A model generated the notes under the pieces. It saw only the letters and a program-made list of their open reading frames with translations. It searched no databases and was not told the origin of the DNA. The position numbers and the translations under genes were made by a program. From assembly GCA_963704755.1 (NCBI GenBank), contig OY969938.1, forward strand, positions 1,620,001 to 1,652,000: 32,000 nt of DNA, written 5' to 3'. The DNA comes from an uncultured Chloroflexia bacterium (GTDB lineage Bacteria; Chloroflexota; Anaerolineae; Anaerolineales; Anaerolineaceae). Shown in pieces: positions 1 to 8,576 of the stretch. Numbering within the stretch: the stretch's first letter is position 1; each line of letters starts with the position of its first letter.

Positions 1-446
1 CCAATCCGTTGGCGACGAACGATTTTGAATATCACCCAACCGAATACTACCAAGGGCTGCCGGTGATACCTGATCAGCCACTTCTGGTATCTCCTACGGA
101 TGTTCAACCGCCTTTATTTCCGCAGTCCGATTATGCTTTACATGCTCCCTCCGAGCAAGAACTCAACCGACAAATCTACATGCAGCTTGCCGATGATCGG
201 AACGATTATCGTTACTTCGAATTCACCTTATTCAAATTTTCGCCAATCGCTTCGACAGGAATTTCTGTTGCGTTTTCAAGATTCGAACAACCTGGACAAA
301 ATGCGCTGGAGCTACGTGCTGCAAGACCCTCTGGATCCGATCTCCAGCCCAGGATTGAGCACACAGGACGTTTTTGCTTCTTTGTTGGAAGAGGAACTGG
401 AAACCGGTCAAACCACTATCGATACACTCGCTGCCTGGCTTTATGA
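1..446 (+). CDS. partial ORF entering from the left edge; product unknown (acidic, Pro-rich); convincing as coding only to about nt 300
   Basis: The frame of track ORF 9..446 stays open back to nt 3, so the TTG at 9 need not be the start. Residues up to ...FSRFEQPGQN look protein-like. The tail (ELRAARPSGSDLQPRIEHTGRFCFFVGRGTGNRSNHYRY) looks off-frame and overlaps the convincing part of the next ORF. Confidence 0.35.
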   Translation, partial: NPLATNDFEYHPTEYYQGLPVIPDQPLLVSPTDVQPPLFPQSDYALHAPSEQELNRQIYMQLADDRNDYRYFEFTLFKFSPIASTGISVAFSRFEQPGQNALELRAARPSGSDLQPRIEHTGRFCFFVGRGTGNRSNHYRYTRCLAL

Positions 447-2403
447 TCGTGGATTCAAAGCGGTAGTATTTGCACCCGTTCAGAATCTGCTTGGGAAGGA
501 AAAAAACGGGTATGTCTTACAGGTTATGATTGATGCAAATTCGATAGATAATTTCTATCTGTCAAGATTTTATACAGCGGTTTATGCACTCTATCAGGAT
601 ACAGATAAAAAATTTCATTTGGCCAAAGTTTCCCCGTGGGCATTGCAATATCACAATTGGATAGATATTATCTCGGTTGATGACGTCAATTCCGATGATA
701 AAGCCGACATTGCCATCAAATCTGAGGGTTTCCCTGGCGGAGGTGACGCTGGCGCGTGTTTCTCGCACGTAGACATCTATAGCTGGAACGATCAGGCGGT
801 TGGCTTCGTGAACCTTGGGGATGATATTCCTATATTTTATGGCTATCAAGATAACTGTACCAACAACTGGCAATTCGGAAAAGTTGACGAAAATGGCAGC
901 CAACCGCTCATCGTCACTTCACAGTTTTATTTCGAAAAGAGTGGCTCGCAAGAAGTTGAATGCCCACCGTATCAATTGCAGACTACATATTTTTGGGCCG
1001 GTGAACGTTTTACGAAAGGCGAAGTTAATACATTAGCACTCAATGAGGATACCGACCCGTCCTGTAAAATCGCCTGGGCAGTTAACGGAAATTATCAAAA
1101 CGACCAGGCGCTAGATATTTTGAAATCCGCATTGGAAGATCCCCAAAATGAGCAAGATATTATTGATGCGCTCGGCCCCAACGGGATCGATTATATTCGC
1201 TTCTTATTAGCGATTTGGCTAGATCAGCGCAATGAAGATGCGCAAGCTGACATCTTCCTTCAGGAAATTCCTGAACCGGATCCTACTACAACCGCCATGG
1301 ACTTGCTTCAATTAGCCCAAATTTATCGAGAGGCAAGAAACCATAAAGGAAAGTTAACTGCCTGCCTAAACGTTGATCAAAAATTAGCCCAGGCAGCCTT
1401 GGATATAGAGGGAGATAAATACCTGGCATTATTGCATGCCTTACAGGGGATGCTGGCGCTAAAGGATATCCTGGGATTGGTTCCGGCAGTCTGGGCACAG
1501 AGCTGGTCTTTCAGTATTTGCGATCCGGTACCTACTCTAGAAGCCGAACTGGCAAAAGTAAATCCAATGACAACTGGCGAAATGTCCGCCTGGCTGGTTC
1601 GAAATGATATTCCACCTCAACGAATACAGCAAAGCGATTTGGACGGCGATGGCCGGCAGGATTGGTTGGTGGTCATTCCTGCCCTTCAAAACATCGATCC
1701 AGTATGGTCCATTTATGAAATTTGGGGCTTCCTTCAACAAGACTCAGGGTTGAAGCCTGTTTTCATTGGAAGGGATGATTTAACACCTTCCACATCGATG
1801 CAATGGGAATCGATCACAACGCCGGGGTTACTCCAACCCCAAAACATTCTCCTGGTGGACAACCGACTTTTTATACTCCAGATCAATAACCCTGTTAATC
1901 CGGCAACCGTCGAGAGTTTTCTTCCGAGATACCAGGGATTTCTGTATGATGTCAGTGCTTTTTCCATCTCATCAGATAATGTGAATCCGGAAATACAAGT
2001 AACTTATGATACCCAAAGTTGTGTTGGGGGTTGTCCAGATCGCGAAACCTATCGGTGGAATGCCATTTCACAACGATGGACTCTTTCCGACAGCGACCCC
2101 CACCCCCAGGTGGAACGGATACGCAAGATTGAAGACCAATTATTTACCCAGCAAAACTTTTTGTCAGCCATCGATCTGATCAATTCCTGGTTGGACGAAG
2201 GAGTATCAGATCCAAAGGATTTGGGAGATTCTTCCACTCCGCCAAACGAGTACACCCGATCCTACCTGAGGTACCTGCTCGGCCTGGCTTATGAACAATC
2301 TGGGCAACCGAAAAAGGCCGTTCAAGTTTATTACGAATTGTGGAAGGATAACCCGCCCAATGTTTTTGGATATATAGCGAGCACAAGACTGGAAAGAAAA
2401 TGA
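301..2403 (+). CDS. large hypothetical protein with FG-GAP/VCBS-like Asp-rich loops and a TPR-like C-terminus
   Basis: This is track ORF 100..2403. Its first 67 codons (MFNRLYFRSPIMLYMLPPSKNS...) look off-frame, and the text becomes protein-like at ATG 301 (MRWSYVLQDPLDP...). SVDDVNSDDKADIAIKSEG and QQSDLDGDGRQDWLVVIP resemble FG-GAP/VCBS loops. YLRYLLGLAYEQSGQPKKAVQVYYELWKDNP is TPR-like. The TGA stop is at 2401..2403. Confidence 0.7.
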   Translation: MRWSYVLQDPLDPISSPGLSTQDVFASLLEEELETGQTTIDTLAAWLYDRGFKAVVFAPVQNLLGKEKNGYVLQVMIDANSIDNFYLSRFYTAVYALYQDTDKKFHLAKVSPWALQYHNWIDIISVDDVNSDDKADIAIKSEGFPGGGDAGACFSHVDIYSWNDQAVGFVNLGDDIPIFYGYQDNCTNNWQFGKVDENGSQPLIVTSQFYFEKSGSQEVECPPYQLQTTYFWAGERFTKGEVNTLALNEDTDPSCKIAWAVNGNYQNDQALDILKSALEDPQNEQDIIDALGPNGIDYIRFLLAIWLDQRNEDAQADIFLQEIPEPDPTTTAMDLLQLAQIYREARNHKGKLTACLNVDQKLAQAALDIEGDKYLALLHALQGMLALKDILGLVPAVWAQSWSFSICDPVPTLEAELAKVNPMTTGEMSAWLVRNDIPPQRIQQSDLDGDGRQDWLVVIPALQNIDPVWSIYEIWGFLQQDSGLKPVFIGRDDLTPSTSMQWESITTPGLLQPQNILLVDNRLFILQINNPVNPATVESFLPRYQGFLYDVSAFSISSDNVNPEIQVTYDTQSCVGGCPDRETYRWNAISQRWTLSDSDPHPQVERIRKIEDQLFTQQNFLSAIDLINSWLDEGVSDPKDLGDSSTPPNEYTRSYLRYLLGLAYEQSGQPKKAVQVYYELWKDNPPNVFGYIASTRLERK

Positions 2404-2404
2404 T

Positions 2405-2431
2405 TTTTGCTTGAATAATATTCAAGCAAAA
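2405..2431. other. perfect AT-rich palindrome starting 2 nt after the stop codon (TTTTGCTTGAATA-a-TATTCAAGCAAAA)
   Basis: Read directly: the 13-nt arms are exact reverse complements. The T-run is 5' and the A-run 3' on both strands, so it is not a canonical intrinsic terminator. Confidence 0.6.
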
Positions 2432-2524
2432 TCTATAACACTTTGAAGAATTTATGGTCGAAACCTTGCCTCGCTATCACTAAACGGATCTCATAAAGCC
2501 TGATTAATTCGATTAAGGAAAAAT

Positions 2525-2680
2525 ATGATCTGGTCCAGGACTAAAAAATTAATCGAAGACCTCATGGCAGACACGCTCAAAAAACGTGTGAAATTTCGCA
2601 TTACCCGTTATGGTCGTGGAGAGAGTTATTTCCAGAACAGAGCATGGATTACCTTTGTCGGCGAAGAAATATTTACCTGA
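2525..2680 (+). CDS. 51-aa small ORF (MIWSRTKKLIEDLMADTLKKRVKFRITRYGRGESYFQNRAWITFVGEEIFT), below the track length cutoff; possibly a truncated gene
   Basis: ATG 2525 is preceded by AAGGAAAAAT (SD-like), and TGA is at 2678..2680. The text is protein-like. From memory it resembles N-termini of longer (about 150-200 aa) SF0329-like hypothetical proteins, which I cannot verify. Confidence 0.4.
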   Translation: MIWSRTKKLIEDLMADTLKKRVKFRITRYGRGESYFQNRAWITFVGEEIFT

Positions 2681-2924
2681 GTTATGGTTGAATTACAACT
2701 TAAACCTCTTTTTTCTTCCGTGGGGGGTCTCGGGGTAAGTTTTTCCTATATTTTCGGTCTCAACCTTGAAGTAAGCCTTTGTCTATCCCGCTGGAATATG
2801 TGCGTCGTCAGGCCAGAATGATTACTTCTCAGACAATAATTAAATTTCAACCCACCAGTTAAACGATACCGAAGACTTGCGTTGCCTGTGTAACCAGGAT
2901 AATGGTTCCCCCCAAGGCAGTAAC

Positions 2925-2962
2925 CCGGGTGTGGGCAGGGCAAAGGCGCCGCCCACACCCGG
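2925..2962 (-). terminator. GC-rich hairpin downstream of the locus-1 operon (CCGGGTGTGGGC / GCCCACACCCGG, 12-bp stem, 14-nt loop)
   Basis: An exact inverted repeat lies 30 nt past the stop of the last minus-strand gene (2992). No U-tract follows on the minus strand, so the terminator call is tentative. Confidence 0.4.
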
Positions 2963-2991
2963 TTCACCGGGCGCCATGCCAACAGGCAAAC

Positions 2992-3809
2992 TTATTGAAT
3001 CTGTTCCCGTAATCCTTTTACGGTATCCATAAATGCTTTAACGCGATCGATTTCAACCTCATTCCAGGTTTCACCTGCTTTTTTGAAAGCCGTCCCGGTA
3101 ATGGCCCCATCCGCGACCAGCAATTGATCGACCACATTATCGATACTAACCCCCGTGTTTGCGAATACAGGCGTTTCTGGCACGGTCTCTTTGACGATCT
3201 TCAGCGTTTGCGATGAGGTCGCTGCTCCGGCGATCAATCCAGAAATGCACAAGGCATCCGGCTGCGTGTTAAAAACGGTCGAGCGCGCAATTTGTTCAAT
3301 GCGCCGCTCACCCAGGTAAGCCGCGGCTTCAGGAACGATATTAAAGAACAAATGCACGCCTTGTGCTCCAATTGCATATTGATGACGAATAACTTCCCCC
3401 GCGTTGGTATTCCAAAGACCAAAATCGCTTGCGTAGACCCCGGTAAAAATCTCGCGGACGAATTGAGCGCCGGTGGCCATGGCCAGGTCGATCGAGGCCT
3501 GGGCGTCCCACAAGACATTGACACCGTAAGGGATCTTAATATCCTTTTTAATTCGGCGATAATATCCGCCATGCACGCAACCGTAATAGTTTCGACCTTG
3601 GTCAAATAGGGCAGACTAAACTCATTAGAAAACAAGATCGCGTCCACCCCACCCTCCTGCAAAGCCAACAGGTCACGGCGAGCACATGAATAAATCCAGT
3701 CCAACCCCTTTTGAGCGTCATAACCCGGGTCACCAGGAAAGGCGTGCATATGGCACATAGCGATAATTGGCTTCCTTACCTTAAAAAGATCATTCAACCA
3801 AGATTTCAT
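2992..3809 (-). pseudogene. BtpA/SgcQ-family TIM-barrel protein, reading frame broken once (track ORFs 3234..3836 and 2992..3576 are its two halves)
   Basis: The N-half is MKSWLNDLFKVRKPIIAMCHMHAFPGDPGY...EGGVDAILFSNEFSLPY...VACMADIIAELK. The C-half is (K)DIKIPYGVNVLWDAQASIDLAMATGAQFVREIFTGVY...PVFANTGVS...DGAITGTAFKK. Together they match the BtpA family layout (compare Synechocystis BtpA ...VPLGINVLRNDGRSAMAIASCVGAQFIRVNVLTGV...). AGGAG lies 7 nt before ATG 3809. The frames meet at the A5 run (plus-strand T5, 3545..3549). Confidence 0.85.
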
Positions 3810-3865
3810 TTCATTTCTCCTAGAAATTAAGATCAATTAAACGTTTAAAGTAGTCACCGGCATGT

Positions 3866-5410
3866 CTATCTACCGGTTTGTTTTAAATAATCCGCCAACA
3901 TTTGCATCGATGGTTTCGTGCTTTTGTACAATTCTTTGAAAATCTGGTAATTTACCTCGTAACGTTTGTGTTCCTCTTTATTAGGGTGAATTCTCTGTCC
4001 CACCTTGGTCCAACGCTTTACTTCAGAAAGGTCTTTATACAATCCAACGCCGACCGCGGCCAGGAATGCATCCCCATAACAGGCACCAATCTGCTGTTCG
4101 GGCACTTCCATCTCGATATCGCAAACATCGGCGATGATTTGGAGCCACAAAGGGTTTTTTGTGCCCCCGCCAATAGCTTTGATTTTCTTGGGAAAGATGC
4201 TTTCGGTATTCATGGCTTCGAGGTTGTTGCGGATGCCAAATGCCACGCCCTCCAGGATCGACCGGTAGAGATCGCTCTTGGTGTGCCGGAGGCCCAACCC
4301 AAACCAAAGCCCTTTCGCGTTCGGGTCGTTAAGAGGCGTGCGTTCCCCTTCGAAATAAGGCAGCAAAATCAGGCCATTCGAACCAGGGGGCGACTTTGCA
4401 GCGGCCTGGGCCAAAACTGCGTAAGCATCATTACCACCCTTTTCCTGGTTGACCAACTCATCTTGGGCAAATTGATTGCGGAACCAGGTGGTCAGGCTCC
4501 CTCCGGTGGACATGGCGCCCAGTACACCGTACGATCCCTTCTCAAGGAAATTTGAACTCCAGAAATGATCGGATTGAACCAGCTCGTCGTGGCGGAGGAT
4601 AAAAAAGATGCTGCTCCCCATCATAAGCATCATGTCGCCCTTGTCCGAAACCCCGGCGCTCAACGCTTCGGCGCTTGCATCGGTGGTGCCGGCGACCACC
4701 GGAGTCCCTGCGGCGAGGCCGGTTTCTTGAGCAGCCTCAGGAGATACCCGCCCAACGACTTCGTAGCTCCAAAAGACCTCGGGCAAGCGATCCAAAGGCG
4801 TGATGAGATCGGCTACTTCCTTGATCCATCCCAAACTATTTCGGTCAAACAACGGCGCATAACCGGAAGCGGTATAAACGTCGATCGTCGCCCGGCCGGT
4901 CAGCTTATAGACGATGTAAGCCTCGCTGGTGAGAAAATAGCGCGTCTTTTCGTATACATCCGGCTCGTGGTTCTTGACCCACAGTACTTTAGGTCCTGAA
5001 GCTTGCGAACTTAAAGGAGAGCCAAAATGATCAAGGAGGTAATCCTCGCCCAGCTTTTCTTCCAGATAGGCAATCTCTTCCGTGGCGCGCGTATCGATGC
5101 CGTAAAGAATGCCAGGCCTGAGCGGCTTACCGTCTTTGTCGATGGGCAATACACAGGAGCCAATCGCGCTGGTGCCAACACTGATAACTTCGTGAGCAGA
5201 AACACCGCTGGTTTGCAGCAAATGTTTGACGATCTCTACAAAATCATGCCACCAGACCTTATCCGCATCATGCTCAAAGCACCCCTCGCCGGGCATATCC
5301 ATGCTGTGCGGTACCGAACAGCTCGCTATCACAACGCCGTCCGTCTGTACCAACACGCCCTTAGAAGAATAGGTGCCGACATCTACACCGATCAGGTAAT
5401 TCGAAGACAT
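3866..5410 (-). CDS. FGGY-family carbohydrate kinase (xylulokinase/ribulokinase-like)
   Basis: The N-terminus MSSNYLIGVDVGTYSSKGVLV is the FGGY phosphate-1 motif. The C-terminal part has ...AIGGGTKNPLWLQIIADV.... Length is about 514 aa. ATG 5410 is preferred over GTG 5422 (the track start) because GGAGG lies upstream of it. Confidence 0.9.
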   Translation of the reverse strand: MSSNYLIGVDVGTYSSKGVLVQTDGVVIASCSVPHSMDMPGEGCFEHDADKVWWHDFVEIVKHLLQTSGVSAHEVISVGTSAIGSCVLPIDKDGKPLRPGILYGIDTRATEEIAYLEEKLGEDYLLDHFGSPLSSQASGPKVLWVKNHEPDVYEKTRYFLTSEAYIVYKLTGRATIDVYTASGYAPLFDRNSLGWIKEVADLITPLDRLPEVFWSYEVVGRVSPEAAQETGLAAGTPVVAGTTDASAEALSAGVSDKGDMMLMMGSSIFFILRHDELVQSDHFWSSNFLEKGSYGVLGAMSTGGSLTTWFRNQFAQDELVNQEKGGNDAYAVLAQAAAKSPPGSNGLILLPYFEGERTPLNDPNAKGLWFGLGLRHTKSDLYRSILEGVAFGIRNNLEAMNTESIFPKKIKAIGGGTKNPLWLQIIADVCDIEMEVPEQQIGACYGDAFLAAVGVGLYKDLSEVKRWTKVGQRIHPNKEEHKRYEVNYQIFKELYKSTKPSMQMLADYLKQTGR

Positions 5411-5433
5411 ATTTCGATCCACCCCTCCCCGTA

Positions 5434-6501
5434 TCAGATCAACATTTTTCCGTTGCGATAGATCGTCTTACCATCTAGAAGTATTTCGCCCTCTTCCTGC
5501 ATATTCTTGATTATGTCCCAGTGGATTGCAGATTAATTCGTACCTCCCACCTTTGGATAAGCCCGTCCCAGGGCGGCATGGATTGTACCGGCAATCTTTT
5601 CGTCGATCAAAATATCTTTGCAAAAATGGGTAACCTCCGGGTTCGTCCCAATCGCAAACTCGCCTATCAAACTTGCCCCGGGGTCGGTGTTCAAAACAGA
5701 GGCAAAGAAATCCTGGTTGGTCGAAGAAGAAAACTCCACCAGCTTTCCCTTTTCCCAACGCAAACGGATATCGTGAACCAGGCGCCCTCCCAATACACCG
5801 GGGTTATCAAAGTAAATACAACCATCCAGGGTGCTTTCAACCGGGGCGGTAGCGATTTCACCATCCGGCATATTGGAGTGCCCATCTGCCACGTCCCAGG
5901 TACGCCCTTCGATCGAAAAACTCAGGTCGGTTCCTTTACCCAGAACACGCACATGCTTACCCTGGTCGAGCACATCGGCCCAACGACGCCATTCTTTGCT
6001 CACTTTCGGCCAATCCAAGAAACATGCGTTAAACATCATCTCGGTGATCGTATCTTCGTCCACATTGGCCTGCTGGGCCAAGGCCGCATTCGGGACACGC
6101 ATCAAACACCAACGGGTCTTTTGCCAGCGCAAAGATGATACCTGGCCCATCGCTTTTCGCAGCAGAGATAGCTTTTCAGAGGGGATATCCCAAAAGACGT
6201 CCAGGTTATGCGCCCCTCGCAAGCCAAAGTAGACATCGGCCCAATCCATTCCAAAGGCCTCCACTTCCGGCACCCACCCGATCTGCTCGTTACTTCCATA
6301 TAAAAGGGTGAGGCGGTTCAATTCTTCGGAGAGGAATTGAACCTGGGGATAAGCTCCCGCTTCGATACTGGCCCGGTAAATCGCATTGACCAGTGGATAA
6401 GATTCGACCTCGCCATATGCGATCATCACTTTTTCACCGGGCTTGACCGCCATCGAATAGTCGACCAATAATTTTCCTAATCTATACCAGGATTTGTCCA
6501 T
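5434..6501 (-). pseudogene. M29 (AmpS/PepS/aminopeptidase T) family protein interrupted by an in-frame TAA at 5533..5535
   Basis: The track ORF 5533..6501 ends ...HAALGRAYPKVGGTN-TAA. The same frame continues SAIHWDIIKNMQEEGEILLDGKTIYRNGKMLI-TGA (5434..5436), which is the conserved M29 C-terminal block. Confidence 0.85.
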
Positions 6502-6514
6502 TTCTCCTCGTTTC

Positions 6515-7558
6515 TTATACTCGGTTTTGAACTTCTTTACGGTGCATAAAGAAATTTAGAATGAAAATGAAAATCATCAACACGCCCCAGAAGAAATCCT
6601 TGAAAAAGGATCCTCCTTGAACTCCAGCCAGTACCATATGAAACCCGGTGGAGAGAATTTGCAAAATGAGCACGGAGACAAAAATGTTGAACACACTACC
6701 GAAACCAGGGACAATATCGGCCAATACCGTGATCAAAATTGCCAGCAGGACATAAGTGGTCGTACCGTATTCATAGGCCGCAGACATCGTACGGCTCATT
6801 ACCAGAATACCTGCCACCGAGGAAAGTACCCCGCTCATCATATAAAGTACTAATAAAATCGAACTGTTCTTCAGCCCCGAAAACCTGGCAGCGGTCGGGT
6901 TCGACCCGAGCATACGGACTTTGAACCCAAAAGTCGTGCGATACAAAACGACGTACACCGCGATGGTCAGCACAATAAAAACGATGAACGGCACGGGAAC
7001 ACCAAAGACGGTGCCGGCGCCGATGTGCCCGATCTGCTCCGGGAACCCCGTAACTGTCTTTCCCCCGGTCACACCGGTAGCGATACCGGTAAAAAGCGTG
7101 TAAGTCGCCAGGGTAGCAAGGATGGGAGGAACATCAATAAAGCCCACCAACAGACCGTTCAACAAACCGCCTAATGCCCCCAAAATCAACGCCAGGCCTA
7201 AAGCCAGGGCAACAAAAAGTACCGGGTTGGATGCCAATAAGTCGGCCGGAAGAAGCTTTACAAGAAAGATACCGCTCAACACTGCGCCCAAATTAGAAAT
7301 GGAATTTACCGAAAGGTCGATCCCCCCTACAATGGTGGGCAGCAGCATAGCCAAAGAGAGGATGCCTATTTCTGCCAGTTGAAACCCCATCGATTTAAGG
7401 CTCGGCCCGGCCACAAAACGGGGCTCCTTCAATGCAAAAAAGGTAAAGAGCGCCACAAAAACAGCGATTAAGAGAATTGTCTGGCTGTCGAATTTGCGGC
7501 CTTTCAGCCTGCCAAACCAGGACGCCCTTTGTTTTGGTGAATCAGTGTTTGCAGCCAT
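6515..7558 (-). CDS. sugar ABC transporter permease (RbsC/AraH-type, BPD_transp_2)
   Basis: Polytopic hydrophobic protein with GGIDLSVNSI, typical of the ribose/monosaccharide permease family. It starts 4 nt after the upstream permease stop. Confidence 0.9.
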   Translation of the reverse strand: MAANTDSPKQRASWFGRLKGRKFDSQTILLIAVFVALFTFFALKEPRFVAGPSLKSMGFQLAEIGILSLAMLLPTIVGGIDLSVNSISNLGAVLSGIFLVKLLPADLLASNPVLFVALALGLALILGALGGLLNGLLVGFIDVPPILATLATYTLFTGIATGVTGGKTVTGFPEQIGHIGAGTVFGVPVPFIVFIVLTIAVYVVLYRTTFGFKVRMLGSNPTAARFSGLKNSSILLVLYMMSGVLSSVAGILVMSRTMSAAYEYGTTTYVLLAILITVLADIVPGFGSVFNIFVSVLILQILSTGFHMVLAGVQGGSFFKDFFWGVLMIFIFILNFFMHRKEVQNRV

Positions 7559-7562
7559 TTGC

Positions 7563-8576
7563 TTACTCCAGTTCCGTCATCGCGGTTGTATGCCCCACCT
7601 TGTTTGCACGGCGGGCACGCAAAGCAGGCAGAGAGATAAACACCACCAGAATCAGGCCGACAACGAGCTTTTGCCACTCTGCCGGTATACCGCACAGGAT
7701 CAGCCCCCGGTTAATGACCTGGATAAGCGTCACGCCCAATACTGTGCCAATCACCGAACCCTTGCCGCCATTGATAGCAGCGCCGCCCAGGATGACGGCC
7801 GCAATCACGTCTAGCGGACTGCCCATCAATACCGTTGGCCCGAAGAAGCGGTTCAACAGCCCATAAATAACCCCCGCCACAGCCGATAGAACGCCCATAA
7901 TCGTAAAGATGATGAGCAAGATAGATTTTACGTTGAAGCCGGACCGCACGGCTACTTCACGATTCCCGCCAATGGCGAACACCCCACGGCCGACAATTGT
8001 GTACTTGAGGAACCACCAGATGAATAAGCCGGCCAGGACAACAAATATGATCGAGCTGTGCAAACCTGTTTTGCCCACAACGGAATCCGTGGAAGTGAGC
8101 AAGTAATTTTCGTAATACCCCACTGCACCATTGGGCAGGTTGAAATTCATCGTAGAACCAATAAAAAACAGGGCAAAGCCATACCACATTGTAAATGTAG
8201 CCAGGGAAACGCTAAAAATCGGCAGCTTGAAGCCGGTTACCAATACCCCGTTCAGCAATCCCATTAAACCGCCCAGGACACAGGAGATGGCGAAATAAAT
8301 CCAGATACCGCCTTCATACCCAATCGCAACCAGAAACATATGAGTCGCATAGGTAGAGACCGCGGCCATGGCCACAAATGACATATCCACCCCACCTGCG
8401 ATAATAATGGGCAGAAGCGCGAACGCCAGAATGTAATAAACCGTCGCCCCGCGCAACGTATCGAAGACCGTAGCCAGGGTGAAAAACGCCGGATTGACCA
8501 GCCCAATAACAATCGACAACCCGACCAGAATCAAGAAAACGATGAACTCGTTGGTCTTCAGTAATTTCTGGATCAT
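7563..8576 (-). CDS. sugar ABC transporter permease (RbsC/AraH-type), second subunit
   Basis: Polytopic protein with GGVDMSFVAM and ...GGAAINGGKGSVIGT.... An ATGA start/stop overlap with the ATPase gene at 8573..8576 indicates translational coupling. Confidence 0.9.
   Translation of the reverse strand: MIQKLLKTNEFIVFLILVGLSIVIGLVNPAFFTLATVFDTLRGATVYYILAFALLPIIIAGGVDMSFVAMAAVSTYATHMFLVAIGYEGGIWIYFAISCVLGGLMGLLNGVLVTGFKLPIFSVSLATFTMWYGFALFFIGSTMNFNLPNGAVGYYENYLLTSTDSVVGKTGLHSSIIFVVLAGLFIWWFLKYTIVGRGVFAIGGNREVAVRSGFNVKSILLIIFTIMGVLSAVAGVIYGLLNRFFGPTVLMGSPLDVIAAVILGGAAINGGKGSVIGTVLGVTLIQVINRGLILCGIPAEWQKLVVGLILVVFISLPALRARRANKVGHTTAMTELE

Noticed and set aside
2930-2965. The CAGGGCAAAGGCGCC segment resembles part of the c-di-GMP-I (GEMM) riboswitch core (CACAGGGCAAACC).
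   Set aside because: The second half of the GEMM consensus (GACGCAAAGCC...CCGG pairing) is missing. The segment is simply the loop of a 12-bp hairpin, and no downstream plus-strand gene exists for it to regulate.
2746-2982. 78-aa minus-strand ORF in the gap downstream of locus 1.
   Set aside because: Low-complexity, Arg/Gly/Pro-rich text with no SD. It runs through the terminator-like hairpin at 2925..2962, so I treat the region as non-coding.
3545-3549. Transcriptional slippage as the mechanism restoring the BtpA frame.
   Set aside because: Productive RNA-polymerase slippage normally needs runs of about 9 or more A/T, and this run is only 5. An indel (real or artefactual) is more likely. 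P-site ribosomal slippage is left open in the finding.
3902-4555. Long antisense ORFs opposite real genes. Examples: 3902..4555, 5521..6138, 10283..10837, 18401..18913, 21634..22101, 24899..25678, 30151..30915.
   Set aside because: Each lies entirely inside a gene with clear family motifs on the other strand. Their translations are Arg/Gly/His-rich with no recognisable motifs, which is typical of shadow ORFs in moderately GC-rich DNA.
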